Source: Methanomicrobia archaeon
GTDB lineage: Archaea; Methanobacteriota_B; Thermococci; Methanofastidiosales; NM3
DNA: 64,000 bases
Reading direction: 5' to 3'
Assembly (NCBI GenBank): GCA_030603445.1
Contig: JAUVXU010000001.1
Span: 43,924 to 107,923, forward strand
In this document: one piece after another, positions 10,109-19,909 of the stretch
How the letters are laid out: each line of letters starts with the position of its first letter
Position numbering within the stretch: position 1 is the stretch's first letter
The notes under the pieces: generated by a model
The model's input: the letters and a program-made list of their open reading frames with translations, nothing else
Database searches by the model: none
What the model was told of the DNA's origin: nothing
Translations under genes and position numbers: made by a program

Positions 10109-11341
10109 ATGCCAACTGCCACCGTGCTAGAAAAATATGCAACATGCCTGATATGTGCTGATAAATCTGTATTTACTGGCATTTCCAAATCAAAGTGTGC
10201 CATTTGTAAAGGGCGTTTATTTTGTGGACAGTTCCCTTGTCCAATATTATCGTCCCTAACTGTAGAGTACATGTCGCAGCGCGATATAAAAACATCAATA
10301 GAAGGGACTGCATATGATATTGTTGCTGGTTGGGAACAGTTCCCAAACGAACCATTGGGTCTTGTTGTAACAGATAATGAAAAGGCGCCCTCAGAGAAGG
10401 ATGCTGCCACTCGAGAGATTCTAATAAGAAAACTGCAAACAACATACTGCCCGTTTACAAATGAACCAATTTCAAGCAAAAACATTGATATTATGCACGA
10501 TGTCGTAATTTCCAGCACCCCCGTACAAATAGAAGTCGAACTCGATACCTTGCCCATGCAATCGGTGGAATTTAGTGGCGTGGAAGAGCCAATAAGCAAC
10601 AAATGCATACTTGATAAGATTGAAGTTATTGGGAATCCTACGGTGCCAGCTTACATCAAAGATATAGTTAACTCTGATATGGGAACAGAACAATGCATCG
10701 CTACTGCATTCTCAAAAGGGGCGGACCCGGATTATATTACAAAACTTTTTTCGTGCGGATATCTTGGAATGTCCAGTAAATTTCTGCCAACACGATGGGC
10801 CAAGACAACTATGTATAATACATGTTCCAATCTGCTAATAAAAGATATAAAGCGCATGCCAGTTTTAGAAGAACCATGTGTTTATTACAATGAGTGCTAT
10901 GGCAACCCATATGCAATAGTTTTTTTGCCACGCTCATGGGAGTTCGAACTTATAGAGGTCTGGCAACCCAGCACCCTGTGGGCCTTTGGGGAAACTGAAC
11001 CAATAGTTGTGCATGAACACGAAACGTATAATGGAATCTCTGATCAGGCCATGAGGGGGGGCGGTTCTTATTATGCGAGCCGACTTGGTGTGGCCGAACT
11101 GCTAACTAAAATAAATAATCAAGCCGCAACTATCGTTATGAGGGGATCTAGCGCTTGCACTTCTGTGCCATTTGGCTCTGGTGAGATACGAACAGGTGTT
11201 GCAGAAGCGAAGTTATACAAGTGGTACGAGTCGCCTGAAGCGGCAGTAGATGCGGCATGCGCTCTTGTGGGTGCCCCTGAAAAGAAGATACGCTCATTGT
11301 CTACTATCATGGCCCAAGACACGCTAACACGATGGTTTTAG
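10109..11341 (+). CDS. NreA-like DNA-repair protein (COG1602-like) with an N-terminal Cys4 zinc finger and a C-terminal PIP box
   Basis: The N-terminus is CLICADKS…CAICKGRLFCGQFPCP. The extreme C-terminus is QDTLTRWF, which fits the PCNA-interacting consensus Qxx[LIM]xx[FYW][FYW]. The size (410 aa) and architecture fit archaeal Nre proteins. The family assignment is from memory. Confidence 0.5.
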   Translation: MPTATVLEKYATCLICADKSVFTGISKSKCAICKGRLFCGQFPCPILSSLTVEYMSQRDIKTSIEGTAYDIVAGWEQFPNEPLGLVVTDNEKAPSEKDAATREILIRKLQTTYCPFTNEPISSKNIDIMHDVVISSTPVQIEVELDTLPMQSVEFSGVEEPISNKCILDKIEVIGNPTVPAYIKDIVNSDMGTEQCIATAFSKGADPDYITKLFSCGYLGMSSKFLPTRWAKTTMYNTCSNLLIKDIKRMPVLEEPCVYYNECYGNPYAIVFLPRSWEFELIEVWQPSTLWAFGETEPIVVHEHETYNGISDQAMRGGGSYYASRLGVAELLTKINNQAATIVMRGSSACTSVPFGSGEIRTGVAEAKLYKWYESPEAAVDAACALVGAPEKKIRSLSTIMAQDTLTRWF

Positions 11342-11556
11342 CGTTTAGTTAAAATGCGTTTCTCCCTTTTTTATCTCCAGAAGAAGCTACTAAACCAGGG
11401 ATTCGCCTGCAACTTCGTGATAGAAAGTAAAATTTTTTAGAAGATTTTTTTGTCTCTTTTTCATTTTTTATGAAAATAGTTTAGGGAAAAATTAATTTAC
11501 TTCCAAATTGATTTTTATATAGATTTAATCAAATTTCACTTTAACGCCCGAATGAA

Positions 11557-11587
11557 CTGTTAAACGAATAGAAAATTCGTTTAACAG
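11557..11587. repeat. Perfect 13-bp inverted repeat with a 5-nt loop (CTGTTAAACGAAT-AGAAA-ATTCGTTTAACAG)
   Basis: The hairpin or operator-like palindrome is read directly from the sequence. It lies in the AT-rich region just upstream of the APH-family gene. Confidence 0.7.
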
Positions 11588-12525
11588 TGGTTAGGCAAAA
11601 TTTGAAAAAACAAACACTTTTAAATAATGATAATTATGGCAATTTTATGAAAGCGGAATTCTTTTTACAACAGATTAAAAATGAGTTTCCACAAGTAGAG
11701 TGGAAAAAATATCGTATACTTACACATGGTTGGGATCATGTAGTTATTGTTTTTGATGAAAAACTCATTTTTCGCTTCCCAAAAGATAAGGAGTATAAAG
11801 AAGAATTCAAAAATGAAATACAACTACTTAGTTATCTGAAAAAAAGAATAAAAGTTGGTATCCCAGAATATACTTATGTATCTAAAGATAAATCACTTGC
11901 TGGATATGAAATGTCGAATGGTCGAGAGCTTAAATCTTCTCACTTCAAACGTTTTACAGGCTCGGAAAAAGAACTGTTTGCTAAACAAATGGCTGATTTT
12001 CTTACAAATCTACATGCAACACCAAACTCAGCCATTTCAAAATTCAATATAAGTGTCAATAATCCAAAAAAAGACTATAACGAACTAGTTAGCAATACAG
12101 AGAAATTTCTTTTCCCTCGCATCAATAAAAAAGAAGTTTCGGTAATTGAAAAATATTTAGATGAATTAAAAGTCACTCTCGATCATAGCAACTATCCAAA
12201 TGTGCTAACACATAATGATTTAACTTGGGAGCATATTCTTTGGAATAAAGATAATAATAAAGTAAATATTATTGATTTTAGCGACCGCACATTTGGAGAT
12301 CCAGCAATTGATTTCGCAGGTTTATGGGAGTATGGACAAATATTCGTCAATAGAGTTTATGGCTTGTATAAAGGCAAAAAAGATGACCAACTTTTACATA
12401 GATCACAATTGTATTTCAAAAGAATCCCGCTTTTTATAATGAAAGATGCTCTTGATGGTTATCCATGTACTTTTAAAGAGGGATATGAAATGTTTAAGAA
12501 AAGGTATAAAATTGCTAAAATTTAA
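11587..12525 (+). CDS. Aminoglycoside/antibiotic phosphotransferase (APH)-family small-molecule kinase
   Basis: The catalytic loop is HNDLTWEHIL (the HGD-type Brenner motif) and the Mg-binding motif is IIDFSD. The N-lobe is Lys-rich. The gene is AT-rich and bacterial-like. The start is either GTG at 11587 or ATG at 11647. Confidence 0.75.
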   Translation: MVRQNLKKQTLLNNDNYGNFMKAEFFLQQIKNEFPQVEWKKYRILTHGWDHVVIVFDEKLIFRFPKDKEYKEEFKNEIQLLSYLKKRIKVGIPEYTYVSKDKSLAGYEMSNGRELKSSHFKRFTGSEKELFAKQMADFLTNLHATPNSAISKFNISVNNPKKDYNELVSNTEKFLFPRINKKEVSVIEKYLDELKVTLDHSNYPNVLTHNDLTWEHILWNKDNNKVNIIDFSDRTFGDPAIDFAGLWEYGQIFVNRVYGLYKGKKDDQLLHRSQLYFKRIPLFIMKDALDGYPCTFKEGYEMFKKRYKIAKI

Positions 12526-12695
12526 TAGGGATGTATTTATTTTTTCAAACTCAAGGGGGCGTTGCACTTCACTCTCCCATATTTTGCTCCACTGCGTTCC
12601 GCAAAACATTGCATATACTGAAACGTTATATGAAATTCAGGATTCCGCCTTTAAAGGCAATAAAATTTATAAAATTACATAATTAAGTTAATAAT

Positions 12696-13130
12696 ATGGT
12701 CTACAAACATACGCAAATTGGATATCTAATAATTATCGCATTAATTATTCCATTATTGATATTATTTTTTGTTATGACCATTGCTGAATTTATCAAAATT
12801 TTACCAATTACATTTTCCATTTTATTAATAGCTTTGGCATTATTTCACTCATTAACAGTAGAAATAGATAAAACAAGACTTGTTATTAAGTTTGGTTTGG
12901 GAGTTATAAATAAAAAATTTATTTTAAAAGATATTGAATCGTGCCATGCTGTGAAAAATTCTTGGTATTATGGTTGGGGAATTAGGAGAACCCCTCATGG
13001 TTGGTTGTATAATATTTCTGGTTTATCAGCCGTTGAGATACAGATGAAAAATGGTAAAAAATATAGAATAGGCACGGATGAACCTAAAAGCTTGGAACAC
13101 GCAATTACACAAACAATTAAACAAACCTAA
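12696..13130 (+). CDS. Membrane protein with a C-terminal bacterial-PH-like domain
   Basis: Two N-terminal TM helices, then …WYYGWGIRRTPHGWLYNISG…VEIQMKNGKKYRIGTDEP…, which resembles bPH/YdbT-type domains. Confidence 0.5.
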   Translation: MVYKHTQIGYLIIIALIIPLLILFFVMTIAEFIKILPITFSILLIALALFHSLTVEIDKTRLVIKFGLGVINKKFILKDIESCHAVKNSWYYGWGIRRTPHGWLYNISGLSAVEIQMKNGKKYRIGTDEPKSLEHAITQTIKQT

Positions 13131-13272
13131 CAAACAACGGAACCCTTAACTCAAGCCACGTTGCACCCTATCTGGGTTTGGCCTTCAAAACATTCTGCTT
13201 CGCCTAACGCCGCATGACCAAAAAACGTTATATAACCTTCTGCCAAGACCTAATCGATAGGGGGGCTTAAAC

Positions 13273-13479
13273 ATGGATGGAACCATTCGAAATAATATTA
13301 CCCAAGGGTTACGTGTTGCAATCGTGTTAAAAAGGGATCAAAAAACCGGAAAGCTTACAACAGGTGTTGTTCAAAACATACTAACGAAGTCCAAAACACA
13401 TCCTCATGGAATTAAAGTTCGCCTTAAAAGCGGCGAAATCGGCAGAGTAAAAGAAATTTTATGTGATACCACGTCTTAA
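13273..13479 (+). CDS. YwbE-like small conserved protein (DUF2196 family)
   Basis: 68 aa with …RVAIVLKRDQKTGKLTTGVVQNILT…HGIKVRLKSGEIGRVKEI, typical of the Bacillus YwbE family. Confidence 0.55.
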   Translation: MDGTIRNNITQGLRVAIVLKRDQKTGKLTTGVVQNILTKSKTHPHGIKVRLKSGEIGRVKEILCDTTS

Positions 13480-13486
13480 AAGAAAA

Positions 13487-14725
13487 TCACGACTTCAAAA
13501 CACGTTCTTTTCTGTTTATGTTGTAAAGCCCAACTCTAAATAATAATGGCGTCAATATAATTGTAAATAGCGACACCAGAACTATTGTTGAAAAAATATC
13601 CTTCCCTATAATGCCGCTTGAATATCCATAAGTAACAATAGCAAGCTCAAGTGACCCCCTTCCGCACATGCCAAGACCTATTAGCAATGATTTATCGGCA
13701 GAAAAGCGTGTGAGACGAGCCCCAACTCCACATCCTACTATCTTGCCAGCAAATGCCGCTAAAGCAACAGCTATTATGAAAAACCAGCTAATCTCGCTGA
13801 CTGGATTAAGTTTCAGCCCCACAGAGATAAAGAAAAGCGGCATAAATATGGATTTAAGATACACCTCCAGGTGATCTATATTCTCGTTTAGGCATATCTG
13901 CACATTTAACATGGGGTCTTTTCGCTCGCGTATCCTTCCGATTATCAGTCCCGCCATATAAGCGCCAATCACCTCATGAAGACCAACCAACTTTGCAAAT
14001 ATGGCAAAGGAGAACGCCAGTATGAACATTATAGTTAACATCTGGTAATCATTTCTAAAATACTTGAGACGAAGCAGCTTGAATATATCCTTAACGATTA
14101 CCTTTTCTGAGATATAAAATATTACAACCAAAAATGCTACTATCTTTACGGTTATTATTGCAACCTCGGCAACGCTTGGAAGCGTTGTTGAGGTTATTGA
14201 TGAAAGCAGGCCTATGAGATATATTGCAATTATATCATCTGCCAGTGCAGCAGCAATGATAATTGGCCCTGTTCCATGGGTATTTTCCCTTATCACGATC
14301 CCAGAAACAACTTCTATTGAAGTGTTAGAAAGCAAAATCCCCAAAAAAAGTGATTGTGCCATGCCAAAACCAAAAGAATAGCATACAGCAAATCCCAATG
14401 TAAAACTCACTACTACCCCTAGCACCCCAATAACAGATGCCGATACCTTATGTCGTTTCATATCAGAGAATTTACTTGTCAGGCCGACATATAACATCAT
14501 CATTAATAGCCCCAGCTCTGCAAGCGCATCAAACTCTGTTGATGGAGAAACCATACCTAAAATAAACGGGCCTAGGCAGATGCCCGTCATAATTTCAGCT
14601 ACAACAGGGGACACGTTATATTTGCCTATAATCCCCCCTGCCACTTTGGCAACTAAAAGAAGAAGTACAACATCTGTTAATTCTATCATTTGCACTCTAC
14701 CTTTTGTAACGATCTGTTGATACAA
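13487..14725 (-). CDS. Monovalent cation:proton antiporter, CPA2 (Kef/NapA-type Na+/H+ exchanger)
   Basis: 412 aa with about 12 TM helices. The Na_H_exchanger signature region is AEIMTGICLGPFILG…LLMMMLYVGL. Confidence 0.85.
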   Translation of the reverse strand: MYQQIVTKGRVQMIELTDVVLLLLVAKVAGGIIGKYNVSPVVAEIMTGICLGPFILGMVSPSTEFDALAELGLLMMMLYVGLTSKFSDMKRHKVSASVIGVLGVVVSFTLGFAVCYSFGFGMAQSLFLGILLSNTSIEVVSGIVIRENTHGTGPIIIAAALADDIIAIYLIGLLSSITSTTLPSVAEVAIITVKIVAFLVVIFYISEKVIVKDIFKLLRLKYFRNDYQMLTIMFILAFSFAIFAKLVGLHEVIGAYMAGLIIGRIRERKDPMLNVQICLNENIDHLEVYLKSIFMPLFFISVGLKLNPVSEISWFFIIAVALAAFAGKIVGCGVGARLTRFSADKSLLIGLGMCGRGSLELAIVTYGYSSGIIGKDIFSTIVLVSLFTIILTPLLFRVGLYNINRKERVLKS

Positions 14726-15582
14726 AGAGCTTTATTTGCAACACCAAGCGCATCTTTTCCAACTAGATAAATACAAGGTTCTATTCCAAATGCACCTTTA
14801 TCAATCATATAATCACATGTTGCAGATATATTGCCCAATATTAAAGTAGCACCTTCTCTTTCTAATAATTTTGCCTCATATCCCTGTCTCTCGCATGCAG
14901 ATACTATTTTTTCAGAATAACGAATATTCATAAGCGAACATATCTCGTGCTGTATTGAATTAATGTTTAGCAGCAGATTTGTTGTATGTTTTGAAGCATT
15001 GAACTCTGGTGCTGTAGGGCTCCTCAAGTGCCCCCTCACAACAAGAAGCCTTCCTGGAATCGATGCAACGTCAAATGGACCTTTTGGATCTCGTGCTGAC
15101 ATGGCAAAGTTGGTACGAACTTCTGGTATGAGCGAGGTAATATTTTCCTTAATAAGCAGGTCGACGGCCTGCTCTAATATATGAAGCACCGCATTACGGG
15201 GATTGTATGTGGAATGCAGATTCATACAAGCATGGCAATTAATGTCGCCTGTCGTCTCCTGATGCAATGCACAAAGTTTTGCAGTTTCACGAAGTGAGAG
15301 ACAAAATGTGCATAGCGTCCTTGTCGCTTCTCCAGGAGACTCCAACACATCGGAAAGCTCCCGCGATATTCTGTCTATCTCGTCCTGAATATAACTATCG
15401 GTCAGCTTCTTTGTTCCGGATAAGTAATTGGATATCATTGCCTGGGTAACACCTAAAAGCTCTGCAGTGCGCTTTTGTGAATACCCGCGCTCGTTGACAA
15501 GTATTTTTGCCACCGTCTGGCGCACGACAGGTAATATCTTTTCCCCAATTAAGATACAAGGAGGCTTAATATACGTCACCAA
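14686..15582 (-). CDS. XRE-type HTH regulator fused to a ThiN-like domain (ThiR-like thiamine regulator)
   Basis: The N-terminal HTH is QKRTAELLGVTQAMISNYLSG. A C-terminal ~200-aa domain resembles archaeal ThiN. It is adjacent to a ThiB/ThiP-like transporter. Confidence 0.5.
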   Translation of the reverse strand: MVTYIKPPCILIGEKILPVVRQTVAKILVNERGYSQKRTAELLGVTQAMISNYLSGTKKLTDSYIQDEIDRISRELSDVLESPGEATRTLCTFCLSLRETAKLCALHQETTGDINCHACMNLHSTYNPRNAVLHILEQAVDLLIKENITSLIPEVRTNFAMSARDPKGPFDVASIPGRLLVVRGHLRSPTAPEFNASKHTTNLLLNINSIQHEICSLMNIRYSEKIVSACERQGYEAKLLEREGATLILGNISATCDYMIDKGAFGIEPCIYLVGKDALGVANKALCINRSLQKVECK

Positions 15583-15644
15583 TCATCTTTTCGTTATATA
15601 TCATTCTTAACTGCTCACTTTTTATAGCTATTTATCTATGTCGC

Positions 15645-17294
15645 CTAGAACTGCATTTTAGATCCCATACGCTCTATGATAAAGAAACTTGCAGCAGATA
15701 CCACCATCAGCACTACCCCCATGGCTGCGGCCGACCCGAATCTATACCCCCCGATATAACGGTAAATGTAGATAGGTATAGTTGTATAGCGTCCGCCATA
15801 TAGCATGAATGATGCAGCAAGTTCACCAAGGGATATTGCAAATGAGAATACAGCTGCAGCTATAATGCCTCCTTTAAGCAATGGCAGCTCAATTGAGACA
15901 AACGCATGCAAATTCGAAGCGCCAAGGCCTCGCGCCGCGTCTATTAGTCCTTCATCTATCTTTGCAAGCGAGGCTGAGATAGCACGTACGGAGAAAGGAA
16001 AGGAAATGATCGTGTGTATTATAACTATCGCCCAAAATGACACATCAAGCGAAATACGATTTTCCAACACAATGTAACCAAGAGACAATGTAATGGTAGA
16101 TATGCACAAGGGCACCATTGTAGCTACGCCAATTATGCTTTTTCCCCTAATATTTCCTTTAAGCATATACGCAACCCACATGCCAAAAGCGACAGATGCT
16201 ACCATGGCCAAGAGCGCAAATATAAAAGATGTAAATATAGCCTCAAGAGGTGATGCGCCAAGGAAGCTCTTGCCTCCGCCAGCTATTATCTCTTTAAACC
16301 AATGAAGGGTCAGATGCGTCTGCCCAAGTACTGTACGCTGCAGCGATGCGTAACACACACCAAGCATTGGCCCAAAAAGAAATGCCCCTATCATGACGGC
16401 GTATGCAACAACACCCATCTTGGCCGCGGGTGAAAGAGAGGATATGGACAATAACACCTTTCGTCCCTGCCCCCCTTTCTCAATATGTATGCGCATGTAT
16501 ATCCAAACGACCACTGACAAAAATACAAGCTGCAGTAATGCCAAAGCGCTAGAGAGGCCGTATGTCCCATAGAAAAGGGCTAAATTGTAGATAGACACCT
16601 CTATTGTTGCATACTGCGGGCCCCCCAAAGCCAGGACTATGGCAAATGATGTGAAAGAGTATATAAAAGTGAGGAGCATGCAAGAAAGGATGCCCTGACG
16701 GATAAATGGCAGCTCTATATCCTTTAATATTCTAAATCTAGAAGCTCCAACGTTTCTGGCCGCCTCTATCATCGAGTCGTCAATCTGGGTCCAGACCGAA
16801 GATACCAGCCTAAACACCAAGGGAATATTGTAAAAGGCATGCGCAAGCACTATTGCCCTCCAGCTATACAAAATCCGTAAGGGGGGTGCATCCAAGTTAA
16901 AAATGTCCATAAGCGTGCTGTTGACCACCCCTGTGTTTCCAAAAAATATTATGAAACCCAACACCACTAGCACCGAAGGCAGGACAAACGGCACAGTTGA
17001 TATTGCCATAAGCTGGGCTTTCCACTTAAAATCATAATTTGAAAATATGAACGCCCCTGGAAGCCCCAGGAGAAGCGTCACTGCCGAAGACAGCAATGCC
17101 TGTTCAAATGTGAAGATTATAGCCTTCTTATAATAGCTGTCTGTGAGTATATAGCTAAAGAACGAGAAATGATATCCTTTTTCCCCTGCTATCCCTGAAA
17201 ACAGTACTAATAACAACGGAAGCACGATTACTGCCAAAAAAACTGCCACAAGCAATCCTATCGACAGCAATCGCCACCGTCTTTCCATTCTCAT
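15645..17294 (-). CDS. ABC transporter permease with duplicated domains (ThiP/FbpB-like)
   Basis: About 550 aa with two tandem six-helix permease modules, each carrying an EAA-like loop (IEAARNVGASRFRILKDIELP and IDAARGLGASNLHAFVSIELP). The start is adjusted to an ATG that overlaps the upstream stop (ATGA). Confidence 0.8.
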   Translation of the reverse strand: MRMERRWRLLSIGLLVAVFLAVIVLPLLLVLFSGIAGEKGYHFSFFSYILTDSYYKKAIIFTFEQALLSSAVTLLLGLPGAFIFSNYDFKWKAQLMAISTVPFVLPSVLVVLGFIIFFGNTGVVNSTLMDIFNLDAPPLRILYSWRAIVLAHAFYNIPLVFRLVSSVWTQIDDSMIEAARNVGASRFRILKDIELPFIRQGILSCMLLTFIYSFTSFAIVLALGGPQYATIEVSIYNLALFYGTYGLSSALALLQLVFLSVVVWIYMRIHIEKGGQGRKVLLSISSLSPAAKMGVVAYAVMIGAFLFGPMLGVCYASLQRTVLGQTHLTLHWFKEIIAGGGKSFLGASPLEAIFTSFIFALLAMVASVAFGMWVAYMLKGNIRGKSIIGVATMVPLCISTITLSLGYIVLENRISLDVSFWAIVIIHTIISFPFSVRAISASLAKIDEGLIDAARGLGASNLHAFVSIELPLLKGGIIAAAVFSFAISLGELAASFMLYGGRYTTIPIYIYRYIGGYRFGSAAAMGVVLMVVSAASFFIIERMGSKMQF

Positions 17295-18319
17295 CCCCCT
17301 ATAGCTGAAAGCCACAGTCTTATCCATTCGTCTAGTGAAGATTCTAGCTGTGTGCGGTCCAGTGGGAGGATGTTATCGGTAGTTTCAACTATGCTAAAGG
17401 AGCCTGGCAGCTGGACACCCGGATTTACAGGCATCATGAACTGCGTGAGCGGAAGCTCCCTCTGGAACTCTTCGCTAATCATGAAGTCGATGAACTTTCT
17501 TGCAAGATCGCTATGTGCTGCACCATTCACGATGCCGGCCCCTTCGATCTGAAGAAATCCGCCTTCCTCAAAAATTACTCCTTTATACCTATTCGTATCC
17601 TCAAACTCCAGATGGTAAGCGGGGCTTGTGGAATAACTCACCACGAGAGGGGCCTCGCCTTCCAGAAACATCCCATAATATGCCGTGCTCCAACTTGGCG
17701 CAACTGTAAGCAGGCTTTCTTTAATAGATTCCCAATAAGCAGGGAATTCATCGCCGTATGCTGCCACGGTCCAGAGCAGAAACGAAAGTCCGGGCGATGA
17801 TGTTCTGGGGTCCTCGACGATAAGCTTGCCTTTCCACTTCTCATCCTTAAGGTCCTCAAAGCTTCTTGGTGGCTCGTCAATAACTTCAGAATCATAGATT
17901 ATAGACATGAATCCGTAGTCGTATGGAGTAACCCTCCATTCTTCATCCATTATCAAATATGCAGGTATCATGTCATATTCTTTTGGCTTATAACTTTCCA
18001 AAATATTGTGTTCTAAGACACGATACATCTGCAAATCGTTTATACCAAGCAAAATATCTGCCTTTGGATCATCCTTTTCCAATATTGCCCTTGATATCAT
18101 ATCCCCGGAACTTCCCATAGAAACGATGTTGACTTTAACGCCATGCTTTTCCTCAAACATAGGTATGACCATTGGGCCTGGGCCCCAATCAGATACAAAA
18201 CTGTCGTAAGTGTAGATAGTAAGCTCGGAGCTATCATCTCCTGTTATACATCCGCATAGAAGTACAACGCATATTAACGGAATAGCTAACAACTTTTTCA
18301 TAATATCACCATTACCCAT
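17291..18319 (-). CDS. ABC transporter substrate-binding lipoprotein, thiamine/Fe3+ (ThiB/FbpA) family
   Basis: Signal peptide plus a lipobox-like LLCGCITG. It has a family-1 solute-binding fold and is the first gene of the operon with the duplicated permease. Confidence 0.7.
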   Translation of the reverse strand: MGNGDIMKKLLAIPLICVVLLCGCITGDDSSELTIYTYDSFVSDWGPGPMVIPMFEEKHGVKVNIVSMGSSGDMISRAILEKDDPKADILLGINDLQMYRVLEHNILESYKPKEYDMIPAYLIMDEEWRVTPYDYGFMSIIYDSEVIDEPPRSFEDLKDEKWKGKLIVEDPRTSSPGLSFLLWTVAAYGDEFPAYWESIKESLLTVAPSWSTAYYGMFLEGEAPLVVSYSTSPAYHLEFEDTNRYKGVIFEEGGFLQIEGAGIVNGAAHSDLARKFIDFMISEEFQRELPLTQFMMPVNPGVQLPGSFSIVETTDNILPLDRTQLESSLDEWIRLWLSAIGG

Positions 18320-18540
18320 TTATAAAATAAATAATCCATTTATAAATCTTGTGATTAATATGCTATCAAATAGAAAAATATAATTTAAAATAAAGGGCAA
18401 ATAAGCAAAATATCCACATCCGGGTGTTGTTTCAAATCTTAAGCATTTTAAGAGATGCTAGTAAATACGTGCAAAACTCTTTCATTGATTTACTTACTTT
18501 TTTCGAAAAAATATTAACTGCAGATAAAGCGGACTATCGT

Positions 18541-19779
18541 TTAGCTTAGTCTTTCATTAATGGTTTTTAAGTTATAAAGAATAATTAATTGAAGCACTTG
18601 ATTTAAGCTATTATCATTTCTTTTTTTTGCACCTTTTGTTGAATCAAGATATTGTTCTAGAAGCCCTAAGGGAATATCAAAAATAGGGACACCTTGGGTC
18701 CTTAACAAATGAAACGTGATTAATCTTGTTGTCCTGCTGTTTCCATCTTCAAAAGGATGAATCTGCTGAAACTCATTATGAAAATATGCTACAAAGTCAA
18801 GAATTTTTGTTAATGTGTTTTTCTTTACTCTAAACTCATTATATTTTTTTATTAAAATATTTAGTTTAGGTTCTATTTCTTCGACTTTTGCAACTTTAAA
18901 ATAAGGTTTGCCTTTTATATAAACAGGAAGATCCCTTATTTTTCCTGCAATATCATCTCTATGTTGCATTGCCAAATAATGATAACTAGTTATAGCATTT
19001 TTTGTAAGTGGCATGTTGTTTAATGCATCCTGAAGCATTTTTTGCATAGCTTTCTGATAATTTTTTACTTCTTCAATACTTTCAACACTTAAATTTTTAG
19101 GAACAATATAATCTCTGAGAAGTTTAATTGTGTCTGGAAGGGTGATGGGGTTTCCTTCAAGAGTTAAACTATGATGAATAAAACTTATTTCAAACTCATC
19201 TATGATTTTTCTATAAACTATAGCATTTCTATCTTTTAACCTATTAAATTTTTTCAGTTCTCTTTCAATTTCACTGAAATATTCATTTTCTTTGTGTTTT
19301 ACAACCAATACTTTATGACTGAAATATGCAACTAAATTTTTTAGAAACGAATTATAAGGTATAATACCTATCAAGGGCTTTCTAGATATGATTATTAATA
19401 AGCCATTTTTTGCAAGAATATTTACATACTTTGAATACGTTCTTGGATGAATGTCAAAATCATTTATACCAAAATTCTTCTTTAAAAATCCCTTACTAAT
19501 AAATGCAGTAATATTCTCATCTAATAGCTCATTATAATTAATTTTGTTTGATACACAAAATTGAATCATCTGATACAAGAGATCATTTTTTTTGTTTCTT
19601 ATAACTTCAAACCCATGTTCCGACTTAGAAACCTGCTTCATTTCAGCCAGATCTGTCATTAACCTGTAAATGAATTTATAGTCCTTATCCAGCTTTTTAA
19701 AATAAGTGGCAACTTCTTTTGGTTGTATGATGCTGCCCTTGGAATACATAAACTCAAAAACATCGTATTTTGTTACCAT
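18541..19779 (-). CDS. Fic-family protein (putative AMPylator), 412 aa
   Basis: The Fic motif is HPFEDGNSRTTRL, a variant of HPFx[DE]GNGRxxR with a Gly-to-Ser change. An upstream inhibitory-helix-like SLTLEGN ([ST]xxxE[GN]) is present. There is an extra ~190-aa N-terminal region. Confidence 0.8.
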   Translation of the reverse strand: MVTKYDVFEFMYSKGSIIQPKEVATYFKKLDKDYKFIYRLMTDLAEMKQVSKSEHGFEVIRNKKNDLLYQMIQFCVSNKINYNELLDENITAFISKGFLKKNFGINDFDIHPRTYSKYVNILAKNGLLIIISRKPLIGIIPYNSFLKNLVAYFSHKVLVVKHKENEYFSEIERELKKFNRLKDRNAIVYRKIIDEFEISFIHHSLTLEGNPITLPDTIKLLRDYIVPKNLSVESIEEVKNYQKAMQKMLQDALNNMPLTKNAITSYHYLAMQHRDDIAGKIRDLPVYIKGKPYFKVAKVEEIEPKLNILIKKYNEFRVKKNTLTKILDFVAYFHNEFQQIHPFEDGNSRTTRLITFHLLRTQGVPIFDIPLGLLEQYLDSTKGAKKRNDNSLNQVLQLIILYNLKTINERLS

Positions 19780-19909
19780 GTACTACTTATAAGTGTTTTT
19801 TATTAATAAATTTTTCTATTTAGCACTAAAAAAAGATAAAATATCACTTTTTAATGCCATATGTAACTTATAGAATTTTTTGATTATCCTACCTCTATCC
19901 CTGGAGCGT

